IMG/VR virus record: IMGVR_UViG_3300024054_000008
Coordinates: 64,001-128,000 of that record
Origin: a virus
DNA: 64,000 bases
Reading direction: 5' to 3' (one strand)
Positions 56,196 to 63,998 of the stretch are shown here, in pieces (position 1 is the first letter of the stretch; each line of letters starts with the position of its first letter). A program made the translations under genes and the position numbers. Below the pieces are notes generated by a model that saw only the letters and a list, made by a program, of their open reading frames with translations, was not told where the DNA came from and ran no database searches.

Positions 56196-57143
56196 ATGGC
56201 GTATAGTTACAATACCAATAATACACCAGCTACTGGATCAGTATCTATATATACATTTAAAGAATTGCTAAAAACAGCTGGGTGGACTGTCATGAGTTCA
56301 AGTGATGGAACCACTTATAATTCATCTGGTGATCAAATAACATCAGGGTCATCAGGTGCTAACGGCATGGCTAACAACTCTGCTTGGTTTCGAATACGCA
56401 TGCCATCAACAGACGGGGTTACACGTGAATACACTTTTCAGAGGGGGACAACAAATGTGGCTTGGCGCATAAAATATAGTTATTCAGCTGGATTCACGGG
56501 CGGATCACCAGGAGCAACACAAACTCCATCAGCAACAGATGAACAGACATTATTTGGTGGCGGAACAGACGCGGCACCAAGCTTTTCAACATTGTTTGGA
56601 ACTGATGCTGGGTATAGGTTTAACGTAATAGCCGGCGGATCAGCAGAAGGGTATGTGTTCTTCGCTTTTGGATTCCCGAATGGCGGCGGTACTCCAACTA
56701 ATTATATGTTTATTGAACGAATGTCAACAGGCTCATTTCCGACATCAAACGTAGAACCGTATGTTATGAAATTTGCTAATAGTTCGCCAACTGTTTCAGA
56801 GATAACGTCAACTACAATTGGTCCAAAAGGCTGGCTGGCAAAAGGGCTGGCTGGTGAGGGGTTCGTGTTTATACCAGCTGACAGTATGACGGATAACACT
56901 TCAACAATGCAAAAAGCATTAGGAGCAAATTCGTATACAGGAATTGATGATTTGCTTCCAATCTTATATGCACGACGTTCTGCATTAGGGGCTCCGTCGG
57001 GTTATATGGGTATAGGATCAATGTTAAGATATCCAAGCACAACTAGAACGACTGGTGATACATATACAATTAGTTCAACTAGAGATCGTATTGTAGTTGG
57101 AGACGTGGTCGTTCCTTGGGACGGTTCAACACCAACAATATAA
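56196..57143 (+). CDS. Gly/Ser/Thr-rich beta-type structural or adhesin-like protein, paralog 1
   Basis: Composition, and strong similarity to 57432..58403. Confidence 0.7.
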   Translation: MAYSYNTNNTPATGSVSIYTFKELLKTAGWTVMSSSDGTTYNSSGDQITSGSSGANGMANNSAWFRIRMPSTDGVTREYTFQRGTTNVAWRIKYSYSAGFTGGSPGATQTPSATDEQTLFGGGTDAAPSFSTLFGTDAGYRFNVIAGGSAEGYVFFAFGFPNGGGTPTNYMFIERMSTGSFPTSNVEPYVMKFANSSPTVSEITSTTIGPKGWLAKGLAGEGFVFIPADSMTDNTSTMQKALGANSYTGIDDLLPILYARRSALGAPSGYMGIGSMLRYPSTTRTTGDTYTISSTRDRIVVGDVVVPWDGSTPTI

Positions 57144-57580
57144 CATGGCAACCGCTGTTTCAGGCTCAAATTATTCATCACCAACGTCTTTGTTGGCAAC
57201 AATAGGACCAGTTCCTGGTGATGATTTGAAGTTTGGTGGAAGAGTTGCTGTTAAATATTTTCGTATGAGAGCCGTTGACGCGAACGCAGCAACATCACCG
57301 CCGACATACAGAACGTGGACAGTAAAAAACGACCCAGACTACACAGGTGCACAATATACAGGACAATATAGTGGAGCATCACCAAACTTAACGTCAATAG
57401 TAATACAAGATACAATAGAAGTTGAAGAGTAATGGCCTATATTTTTGATCATAATTTATCACCATCGACAGGTTCTATTGTAGTTTACCGTTTAAAGCAA
57501 TTGCTAAAAACAGCTGGGTGGACCGTCATGAGTTCAAGTGATGGAACCACTTATAATTCATCTGGTGATCAAATAACATC
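56263..57580 (+). repeat. Direct repeat, 82 nt, copies 56263-56344 and 57499-57580
   Basis: AATTGCTAAAAACAGCTGGGTGGAC(T/C)GTCATGAG...CAAATAACATC, one mismatch. Further shorter identical blocks lie downstream. Confidence 0.85.
57145..57432 (+). CDS. Small structural-type protein between the paralogs
   Basis: ATG 57145 just after the paralog 1 stop; its TAA overlaps the next ATG. Confidence 0.6.
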   Translation: MATAVSGSNYSSPTSLLATIGPVPGDDLKFGGRVAVKYFRMRAVDANAATSPPTYRTWTVKNDPDYTGAQYTGQYSGASPNLTSIVIQDTIEVEE

Positions 57581-58403
57581 GGGAAGTTCTGGGTCCGGAG
57601 GTTATGGTAACAACTCTGCTTGGTTTCGAATACGCATGCCGTTAATGGACGGGGTTACACGCGAATTCATTTTTCAACGTGGCTTGGGAACTGACACTAG
57701 CCTAAGAATGAAATATAGTTATTCAGCTGGGTTCACAGGCGGATCACCAAGCGCCACACAAACCCCAAGCGCCACAGACGAACAATACGTTACTGGTGGC
57801 GGAACAGACGCGGCACCAAGCTTCGCTGCATTATTTGCAGCAAATGGAACATATAAAGCTAACATTATAGCAGGCGGAGAAAACGAAGGGTACGTGTTTG
57901 TAGTACTGACTCCAGCCAACTCAAACACAACTGTATCATCTACTACTTGGTATTTAGAACGAATGCAGGCAAACACTTATCCGCAATCAGACCCAGACCC
58001 ATATGTAATGGGCGGCAACGCAACAAATCCAACTTCATCAAACATATCATCTGCAACATCTATAATAAAAGGTTGGCTTGGGAAAGGAACATCTATACAA
58101 GGTTTTGTTAGTATAGCACCAGGATTTCCATCTGACACAACAACAACGTTTGTAAACAATTTAGGGTTAAATGCAAACACAAGACAAGAAGACCTGCTTC
58201 CTATGATTTATGCCAGGAGATCAGCTTTAGGGTCTCCTGCCGGGTATAAAGGAATTGGGTCTATGTTGAGATGGAATAGTTATTTTCACGGATCATCAGG
58301 ATCAATGTCAATAACTAAAGTCATATCAATAAACTCAACGAATGATTACATCATTGTGGGTGATTTAGTTGCACCGTGGAATGGGTCTACGCCAATAACT
58401 TAA
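57432..58403 (+). CDS. Gly/Ser/Thr-rich structural or adhesin-like protein, paralog 2
   Basis: Shares LLKTAGWTVMSSSDGTTYNSSGDQITSG, NNSAWFRIRMP, KYSYSAGFTGGSP, GGGTDAAPSF and DLLP..YARRSALG with paralog 1. Confidence 0.7.
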   Translation: MAYIFDHNLSPSTGSIVVYRLKQLLKTAGWTVMSSSDGTTYNSSGDQITSGSSGSGGYGNNSAWFRIRMPLMDGVTREFIFQRGLGTDTSLRMKYSYSAGFTGGSPSATQTPSATDEQYVTGGGTDAAPSFAALFAANGTYKANIIAGGENEGYVFVVLTPANSNTTVSSTTWYLERMQANTYPQSDPDPYVMGGNATNPTSSNISSATSIIKGWLGKGTSIQGFVSIAPGFPSDTTTTFVNNLGLNANTRQEDLLPMIYARRSALGSPAGYKGIGSMLRWNSYFHGSSGSMSITKVISINSTNDYIIVGDLVAPWNGSTPIT

Positions 58404-58609
58404 CCTTCTACAACTTCTTTAACTGCTTCATCAACACAAATTTCTTTTATGTTCGAGCTATTTAAAGATTCAGATGGCTTATCTGTCATAAAGTCTACGA
58501 ATCCGTTATAAATTTTATTGTCACCATATTCTTCAATTTGGTAATTTTTACAGTCAAATTCTTTCTTAGATGGTACATAAATTGGTGTTTTTAATTTTGA
58601 TCCATCCAT
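58400..58609 (-). CDS. Small protein with shared C-terminal tag (..AVKEVVEG)
   Basis: 69 aa ORF. Confidence 0.5.
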   Translation of the reverse strand: MDGSKLKTPIYVPSKKEFDCKNYQIEEYGDNKIYNGFVDFMTDKPSESLNSSNIKEICVDEAVKEVVEG

Positions 58610-58621
58610 AATAACTATACC

Positions 58622-58810
58622 TCAAGATTCGACCACATCTTTTGCGTGGTCTTCACGTTCGAGCTGAATTTGAACAGCATTACTCATTAGATACTTATTT
58701 AAAGTTATTGGGTCAATCCAAAACCAATCATCTTTTTTCCATCCACGAGATTCAAGAAAACTAATATCGTTGCATTTAGCTTTCCAAGCTTCGTACATTG
58801 CATCACTCAT
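58622..58810 (-). CDS. Small protein with shared C-terminal tag (..HAKDVVES)
   Basis: 62 aa ORF. Confidence 0.55.
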   Translation of the reverse strand: MSDAMYEAWKAKCNDISFLESRGWKKDDWFWIDPITLNKYLMSNAVQIQLEREDHAKDVVES

Positions 58811-58828
58811 GTTGTATTTTACAACATG
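58808..58828. promoter_or_regulatory. Palindromic bidirectional leaderless promoter element
   Basis: CATGTTGTATTTTACAACATG contains both divergent ATGs, each with G-TAnnnT-N5-ATG. Confidence 0.6.
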
Positions 58829-59185
58829 ACGTTTGATCTTCAGAGTTTACAACTTAGAACATCATGGGCAAAGTCCACATCAGAAAGACTTGTACGTGGG
58901 GTACAAGAATTTAAAACTGACGCACGCATGAGCGAAAGATTGAAACAAAGGAAATGTCTAGCATGTTTTTATTTAAGAGGGCCTTCCGTAGCCGGCCAAG
59001 CTTTTACTGAATGGACATGTTTAGGTTGTAGCAAAACTGATATGCACTCCTGCACAGCCGTGCCAATGCTGTGCAATGAGTGTTCAGATAAATTCGGGGC
59101 CTGTGATAAATGTGGCTCAGATTTAGATTTAAAGATTAGGAAAGAATTGATTAGAAAACGTAAAGTTGATAATGTTAAACGTTAA
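58826..59185 (+). CDS. Cys-rich Zn-finger protein
   Basis: CLAC...CLGC...C...CNEC...CDKCG. Confidence 0.6.
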   Translation: MTFDLQSLQLRTSWAKSTSERLVRGVQEFKTDARMSERLKQRKCLACFYLRGPSVAGQAFTEWTCLGCSKTDMHSCTAVPMLCNECSDKFGACDKCGSDLDLKIRKELIRKRKVDNVKR

Positions 59186-59399
59186 AATAATTGGATACTC
59201 AGAAACAAAAGATGTCGAAAAAGTCTATAGTCCTTATTCAGAAAAAATCATAGAACTAAATCCGCAAAATGATACTTACAGAGCAACATTATGTTTAGAA
59301 CTACCAAATGGTAAAAAATTGAAAGTCAAAATAACAAAAGAAGAACTAAACGAAGTAATTTCATTGTTCAACCAAGAACAACTTCATGAGTCGCAATAA
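59166..59399 (+). CDS. Small hypothetical protein
   Basis: 77 aa ORF. Confidence 0.45.
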   Translation: MIMLNVKIIGYSETKDVEKVYSPYSEKIIELNPQNDTYRATLCLELPNGKKLKVKITKEELNEVISLFNQEQLHESQ

Positions 59400-59784
59400 A
59401 ATCAAAAGAATCTTCCATGAATTTAGAATAAAAAATTTCATCAAAAATAACTCTTCTATTTGTTATTTCAGCGATTTCAGATGCTAAAATGTCTGAATAG
59501 GCGTTTTGACTAACTTTGCCATTATAATTTATAAACAAAACTTTGCGATCTTTGATTTCAGCAACAGACAATTTCTTGATCTCATAAAATTCTATTTCAT
59601 GTACATCAGATTTAACAACAATTATTTCAAATTTATTTGTCAAAACCAAAACTAAACAAATCGAGAGATCTGAATAAACAGGTAGATCTCTGCGTAACAT
59701 TATTTTAGGAATTATCATGGAACGTTTAAATCCATCTGTACTAATTTCTTCATATGCGAAAAAACCAATTTTTTTGTCATTCAT
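59368..59784 (-). CDS. Hypothetical protein with shared C-terminal tag (..IATHEVVLG)
   Basis: 138 aa ORF. Confidence 0.55.
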   Translation of the reverse strand: MNDKKIGFFAYEEISTDGFKRSMIIPKIMLRRDLPVYSDLSICLVLVLTNKFEIIVVKSDVHEIEFYEIKKLSVAEIKDRKVLFINYNGKVSQNAYSDILASEIAEITNRRVIFDEIFYSKFMEDSFDFIATHEVVLG

Positions 59785-60110
59785 GATTCTAAAACCGATA
59801 TTGTTTTTAGATAGTCTTCTGAGATGTCTTCTATCGGGATGAACATTGTGTCTACGGCAAGGTTAGTCATACGACCGACGCTTTCATGTTTTTTAATTGG
59901 TCTACTAGAAACTGCAGCATAATGCGGCATCAAATTATAAATGCAATCTGAACAAATAACTTTTATGTTACCATCAACTGAATGGAAAAAATCCAACAAA
60001 GACTTTGAATACATTACATGAGAAGGCTTAGAATTATTAGTATGCCAAGCACTTCGTATACAGCCGAACGACACATCCCCATATTTGATACAAAACTCTT
60101 CGAGAGTCAT
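59781..60110 (-). CDS. Hypothetical protein with shared C-terminal tag (..LKTISVLES)
   Basis: ATG 60110 preceded by TGTATATT-N5. Confidence 0.55.
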   Translation of the reverse strand: MTLEEFCIKYGDVSFGCIRSAWHTNNSKPSHVMYSKSLLDFFHSVDGNIKVICSDCIYNLMPHYAAVSSRPIKKHESVGRMTNLAVDTMFIPIEDISEDYLKTISVLES

Positions 60111-60145
60111 AAGAAAATATACAAACAAGAAATGTAATTTACGAT

Positions 60146-60505
60146 ATGGGCGTACCGAGAAGTGGTAGAAAAATAACTGTTGATAGTGTTCAATTCAAAT
60201 GGAAATTAGCGTGTAAATGGGAACGTTCTGTTTGGAACGGTGACAATGAAGATAGACTTGGTGGCGTGCTTTTGATTTGGGTTGACAATGATAACATGAG
60301 AAACATTTGTAAATTAAAAATTAGTTGGAAACGTGATTTTTCAGTAACACCAGAAGTAGTGTCAATAATTATAAAACAAGCTGTAAAATCTGGATGGGAT
60401 ATAAAAAGACCGAAGAATCAATTTAATTTTAAAGAAATCAAAGTTGAAGATATGGAAACAAAAATGAAAGACTTGATGAAAACAAAAGAACTTTTAGAAT
60501 TGTGA
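60146..60505 (+). CDS. Hypothetical protein
   Basis: MGVPRSGRKITVD...VTP.VV..IIK.A..GW; TGTAATTT-N5-ATG leader. Confidence 0.6.
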   Translation: MGVPRSGRKITVDSVQFKWKLACKWERSVWNGDNEDRLGGVLLIWVDNDNMRNICKLKISWKRDFSVTPEVVSIIIKQAVKSGWDIKRPKNQFNFKEIKVEDMETKMKDLMKTKELLEL

Positions 60506-60724
60506 ATTCTTTTCTATTTCGATAAGTATTTTCAACAATTCACGTCCATGTTGTTGAGAATTACGTAGTAATTCATTCAATTGTGAGATCGTATTTGGTT
60601 GTGAGATCGTATTTGGGTATGCCTCAGATCTTATTCGCTTACTAAAATTTTCAATTTCAAGTTTTGCGTGATCAAGAGCGTCTAAAATTCTCTGTTGATT
60701 TTCTATTGTTCTATATGAAGTCAT
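60494..60724 (-). CDS. Small coiled-coil protein
   Basis: Contains an 18-nt tandem duplication (PNTISQ PNTISQ). Confidence 0.5.
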   Translation of the reverse strand: MTSYRTIENQQRILDALDHAKLEIENFSKRIRSEAYPNTISQPNTISQLNELLRNSQQHGRELLKILIEIEKNSQF

Positions 60725-61176
60725 TCGCTTACTATTTCGTGAGTTTTAATGACATCAAATACATCTTTTAAAAATTGCTTAATGACATTTAATACATCAT
60801 GATCAAATTCAAATTTAATAGAACTCTTTGTTATTTCAAGAATACATTGAGCTAACATGTGTTCCGGAGAGTATTTATCAGACAGCCTCATATATGTTGG
60901 TTTACTATTAAACGAAATAAAATCGTCTAATACTTTAGCTACAGGAATTACAGAATCAAAATTAACATCAGCAAAGACAGCCTCTATTATAAAATCATCT
61001 TGTTTATTTAATCTCAAAAACACACCATTTATATTATCACTTTGTAATAATATAAATGGTTTTGACATACTCATTCCGGTAACACCAGAAAAAACTGATC
61101 TACTTGGACCGCTTGGACCGATTGGACCCCTTGGACCCAAGGGGCTCATTGCACCAAATATTGGGTTATTTTTCAT
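60721..61176 (-). CDS. Hypothetical protein with a short collagen-like GPx run and C-terminal tag (..IKTHEIVSE)
   Basis: GPRGPIGPSGPS. Confidence 0.55.
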   Translation of the reverse strand: MKNNPIFGAMSPLGPRGPIGPSGPSRSVFSGVTGMSMSKPFILLQSDNINGVFLRLNKQDDFIIEAVFADVNFDSVIPVAKVLDDFISFNSKPTYMRLSDKYSPEHMLAQCILEITKSSIKFEFDHDVLNVIKQFLKDVFDVIKTHEIVSE

Positions 61177-61197
61177 GATTATTTATTTTACATCCTA

Positions 61198-61593
61198 TTA
61201 AGAAAAAATTCTTTGAGTCAAAACGATTGAGGTTGCTTCTTCTTTATCAATTTCACGCCAAACGAACGGAACGTCAAATCTCGGGCTACGTTTATTACAT
61301 GAACCACATTTAACAGTAACTGAGGATAAAGTTGAGAACGAAACGTAAAAATGCAGTGCCAAATTCTCGCAATGTGAAAAGCCAACCTTTTCACCGTTTT
61401 CCCAAAGAGAGCCGCAGATGAAAATTGGATTTCCTGCTTCATCAAATTGATTTGCATACGGGTTAAGAATTGTTTTATTGGATTTTGAATTCGAATTCGA
61501 ACGAGTGAATTTCCAAGTTAAAGAAAAAAGAAAAATTAATAAAACTGATAAAATTGGCCAAGTCAAAATTATAGTTAACTGAAGGTTTGTCAT
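61198..61593 (-). CDS. Membrane-anchored Cys-containing protein
   Basis: N-terminal transmembrane segment; CG...C...CGSC. Confidence 0.55.
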   Translation of the reverse strand: MTNLQLTIILTWPILSVLLIFLFSLTWKFTRSNSNSKSNKTILNPYANQFDEAGNPIFICGSLWENGEKVGFSHCENLALHFYVSFSTLSSVTVKCGSCNKRSPRFDVPFVWREIDKEEATSIVLTQRIFS

Positions 61594-61595
61594 TC

Positions 61596-61880
61596 TTAAT
61601 CTAAAACGATGTCACGAGTTTTCAAAAAATTTATTGCGTCAGAAACAAAGTTTTGTATTTTATCTGACCTAGGTTGACCTGGTCTAAACAAAATTTCTAA
61701 ATCTGGACCGATAACTTCACAAATTATACGAGCGTAAGTTTCACCTGGAATTGATATGTGAAATTGATAGACTCTAGAATCTATTGTATGAGAATTTAAA
61801 GAGCGTAATTCAAGAATTCCAAAACGCTCAGTTCTGGAAAAACGTTTCTCAAAAATATAATTAAATTTTGGCTTTCTCAC
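61596..61880 (-). CDS. Small protein with shared C-terminal tag (..LKTRDIVLD)
   Basis: 94 aa ORF. Confidence 0.5.
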   Translation of the reverse strand: MRKPKFNYIFEKRFSRTERFGILELRSLNSHTIDSRVYQFHISIPGETYARIICEVIGPDLEILFRPGQPRSDKIQNFVSDAINFLKTRDIVLD

Positions 61881-61903
61881 GAAAAAAGTTACGCCGAAGA
61901 AAT

Positions 61904-62863
61904 TTAAATTTTCAAGAGATAACGCTGCGCGGCGCGTTGTGAAGTTGTTGCTAAAACTGGCGGAACGCCTTGAACGGCCTTTAGACCGTTTGACTTCAGG
62001 GCGTCAGCAATGTCCTTATTTGTCATTTTCGGATTGTTTTTCCTGATTTCCTTTATATCATCAAACGTATATCTAGCTGGTGTTCCAAAATATTCATGAT
62101 GTTTTAAGAAATCTTCAATTGATTTATGTTTTCTCTTTATGAGTGTTTCTTCAAGCTTTAGAGGATCAATTTCCCGTTCTTCTTCAGTTTCCTCAACTTC
62201 TTCTAAAACCGGACCGCCTTTGCCTGTGCTACGTTCAGAAAAAATCTTCGATGAAAGAGCTTTGGCAGCGTTTATAACGTCATGCAAACCCTTCACAACG
62301 TCTGATGGTTTATCAAACTTGAAATTAAGAATATTTTCCCCTTCGTCTATTTCAAACTCAGCATTAAATGGTCCGGCCGTAGCCCCAGTTTGTTTACCGC
62401 TAGGCAGCAAAGGAGAAGAAGACTTATGATACCACCTAAATGTGATCTCACAAGGAACTGCAATGTCTTTGTGACTTTGGTTACCGCCTTGCTCCAGCCA
62501 ACTTTGATATTGGCTACTTGATTCTTCTGGTGCTTCTGATTCAATTAAGTGATAGCCAGTGACGAGAATATCGCCTGGAACGCCGGATGAGTCAAAATCG
62601 CTTGGTCTTATGCCGAAAGAAAAATATGTGCCCTTGAAACGACGAACGCCAAGATCGCTCGGAACGTCTGTTTTGGCTTCTAGAAAAACGTCTGAGATTG
62701 ACTTCAATGCTTCAACGGCTGCTTCGGATAACTTTCTAGCCAGCCCTCTTTCAGTTGCTAGTCGAAATGACCAGAGTGACGCTAAAACGAAATTTCTGTT
62801 TGGATTTTGCGAAGTTTCAAGATATGAGGCGAGTTGAATCAGAGATGATGTGAGTGATTTCAT
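61904..62863 (-). CDS. Hypothetical protein with a shared N-terminal motif
   Basis: MKSLTSSLIQLASYLETSQNPNRNFV; acidic internal stretch. Confidence 0.65.
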   Translation of the reverse strand: MKSLTSSLIQLASYLETSQNPNRNFVLASLWSFRLATERGLARKLSEAAVEALKSISDVFLEAKTDVPSDLGVRRFKGTYFSFGIRPSDFDSSGVPGDILVTGYHLIESEAPEESSSQYQSWLEQGGNQSHKDIAVPCEITFRWYHKSSSPLLPSGKQTGATAGPFNAEFEIDEGENILNFKFDKPSDVVKGLHDVINAAKALSSKIFSERSTGKGGPVLEEVEETEEEREIDPLKLEETLIKRKHKSIEDFLKHHEYFGTPARYTFDDIKEIRKNNPKMTNKDIADALKSNGLKAVQGVPPVLATTSQRAAQRYLLKI

Positions 62864-62881
62864 TTTTAAAATGAAATGATA

Positions 62882-63493
62882 TTAACGGCGGAAAAGAAAA
62901 TGAACGCTGCGATTTGAAATTTGGATTGAAAGCGGTGTGAAATGTTGAAAAGACGAAACGAGACATGAAACGGTGTGATGACGAAAAATTGAAATGTCTG
63001 CGTTCAAAAAATTTGACTGGAGGTGAAAAACGAAATTTGAAACGTGACCGGACGCCTCGAAAAAACGTTTATTTTCGAATGTGTAAGAAGAAAATTTCCA
63101 ACGCGGCTTGATGAACGTGTTGAAAACGAGCTTTCCGCCGGGTTTTATGACGGATGCTAAAACTGGTGAAAGTTTAACTGGGTTGAGATAACCGATGGAC
63201 TGACGGATGACGCAAAGGTCGAACTGTGAGAGGTTTTCAAATGTTGACGGGTTATGAACGTCGCCTTTGACTTGAAAAACGCGCGTGTCTGTGCAACGAG
63301 GCGAAAGATCGACGAGAGTGGGGCGGGACGCGTTTCTGCGGAGCGCTTCTAGTGAGACGGCGCCCGTGCCACCGCAAAGATCGAGAAGAGATTGTGACGG
63401 ATCGAACGAAGCGAAGTCAAGAAGGGCGCCCGGGTTGGAAAGCCAACGGGAGTAAAGAGAGCTGTATTTTGGGGTTGTTGCGTTAAATGCCAA
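62882..63493 (-). CDS. Class I SAM-dependent methyltransferase
   Basis: LLDLCGGTG, LVDLS, GDV, FDL.V, IKPGGKLVF. Confidence 0.85.
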   Translation of the reverse strand: MAFNATTPKYSSLYSRWLSNPGALLDFASFDPSQSLLDLCGGTGAVSLEALRRNASRPTLVDLSPRCTDTRVFQVKGDVHNPSTFENLSQFDLCVIRQSIGYLNPVKLSPVLASVIKPGGKLVFNTFIKPRWKFSSYTFENKRFFEASGHVSNFVFHLQSNFLNADISIFRHHTVSCLVSSFQHFTPLSIQISNRSVHFLFRR

Positions 63494-63998
63494 GAATGTT
63501 TCCTGATTGGTCTAAAAAGGCGATGAAACCGTGAGAAGCGATGTTGAACGGTGGGCTGGTGTTTCGAAAGGTGTCGCGAAGCGTGCCGGGCGGGGCGTAA
63601 GGGAGCGTGTTGACGTTCGGAAGAAACTCATGAAGGTGAAGGGCTGCGATGGCGTTTGGATGTTCGGATAAAACGGAAGCTAAAAGAGGGGCGTTCATGG
63701 TTGCCTTTCCGGTGTCTGTATAAATGGTTCTTTTTTGATGATTGACGTGAACTAAAACGCAGTTGGAAGAAAGAATGTCGATTGTTTTCTTTCTTGGCGT
63801 CATTAAAAAGAAATTTGGTTGGGTTGGAACGCGAATTGCTATTGAACCGAAAACTTTGTTGTTTTTTAAAAACCTGTGCCTGAATTTGTCTAGAAATTTA
63901 TTTATCAAAATTTCCGATTCAAAATTTGGATTTCTGTGAAGAACGCCTTGGATTGTGGTGAAATGAACGTCGGTTAGGATTTCTGTTAAGGCGTTGAA
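63483..63998 (-). CDS. Class II aldolase/adducin-like metalloprotein, partial (frame open to window end)
   Basis: GS.A.R...F..TP...P.A.AALHLH...Y.PPGT...N...HG pattern. The frame stays open beyond the track's TTG start up to the window edge. Confidence 0.6.
   Translation of the reverse strand, partial: FNALTEILTDVHFTTIQGVLHRNPNFESEILINKFLDKFRHRFLKNNKVFGSIAIRVPTQPNFFLMTPRKKTIDILSSNCVLVHVNHQKRTIYTDTGKATMNAPLLASVLSEHPNAIAALHLHEFLPNVNTLPYAPPGTLRDTFRNTSPPFNIASHGFIAFLDQSGNILGI

Noticed and set aside
56196-58403. Diversity-generating retroelement (TR/VR pair)
   Set aside because: No reverse transcriptase in the window. Both copies are full genes, identity is at the 5' end, and differences are not adenine-specific.
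1311-62837. Numerous 60-130 aa antisense ORFs in the track (e.g. 1311, 4458, 8085, 11385, 19405, 29020, 46322, 62139)
   Set aside because: They are shadows of longer, motif-bearing genes on the opposite strand, with no independent motifs or start signals.
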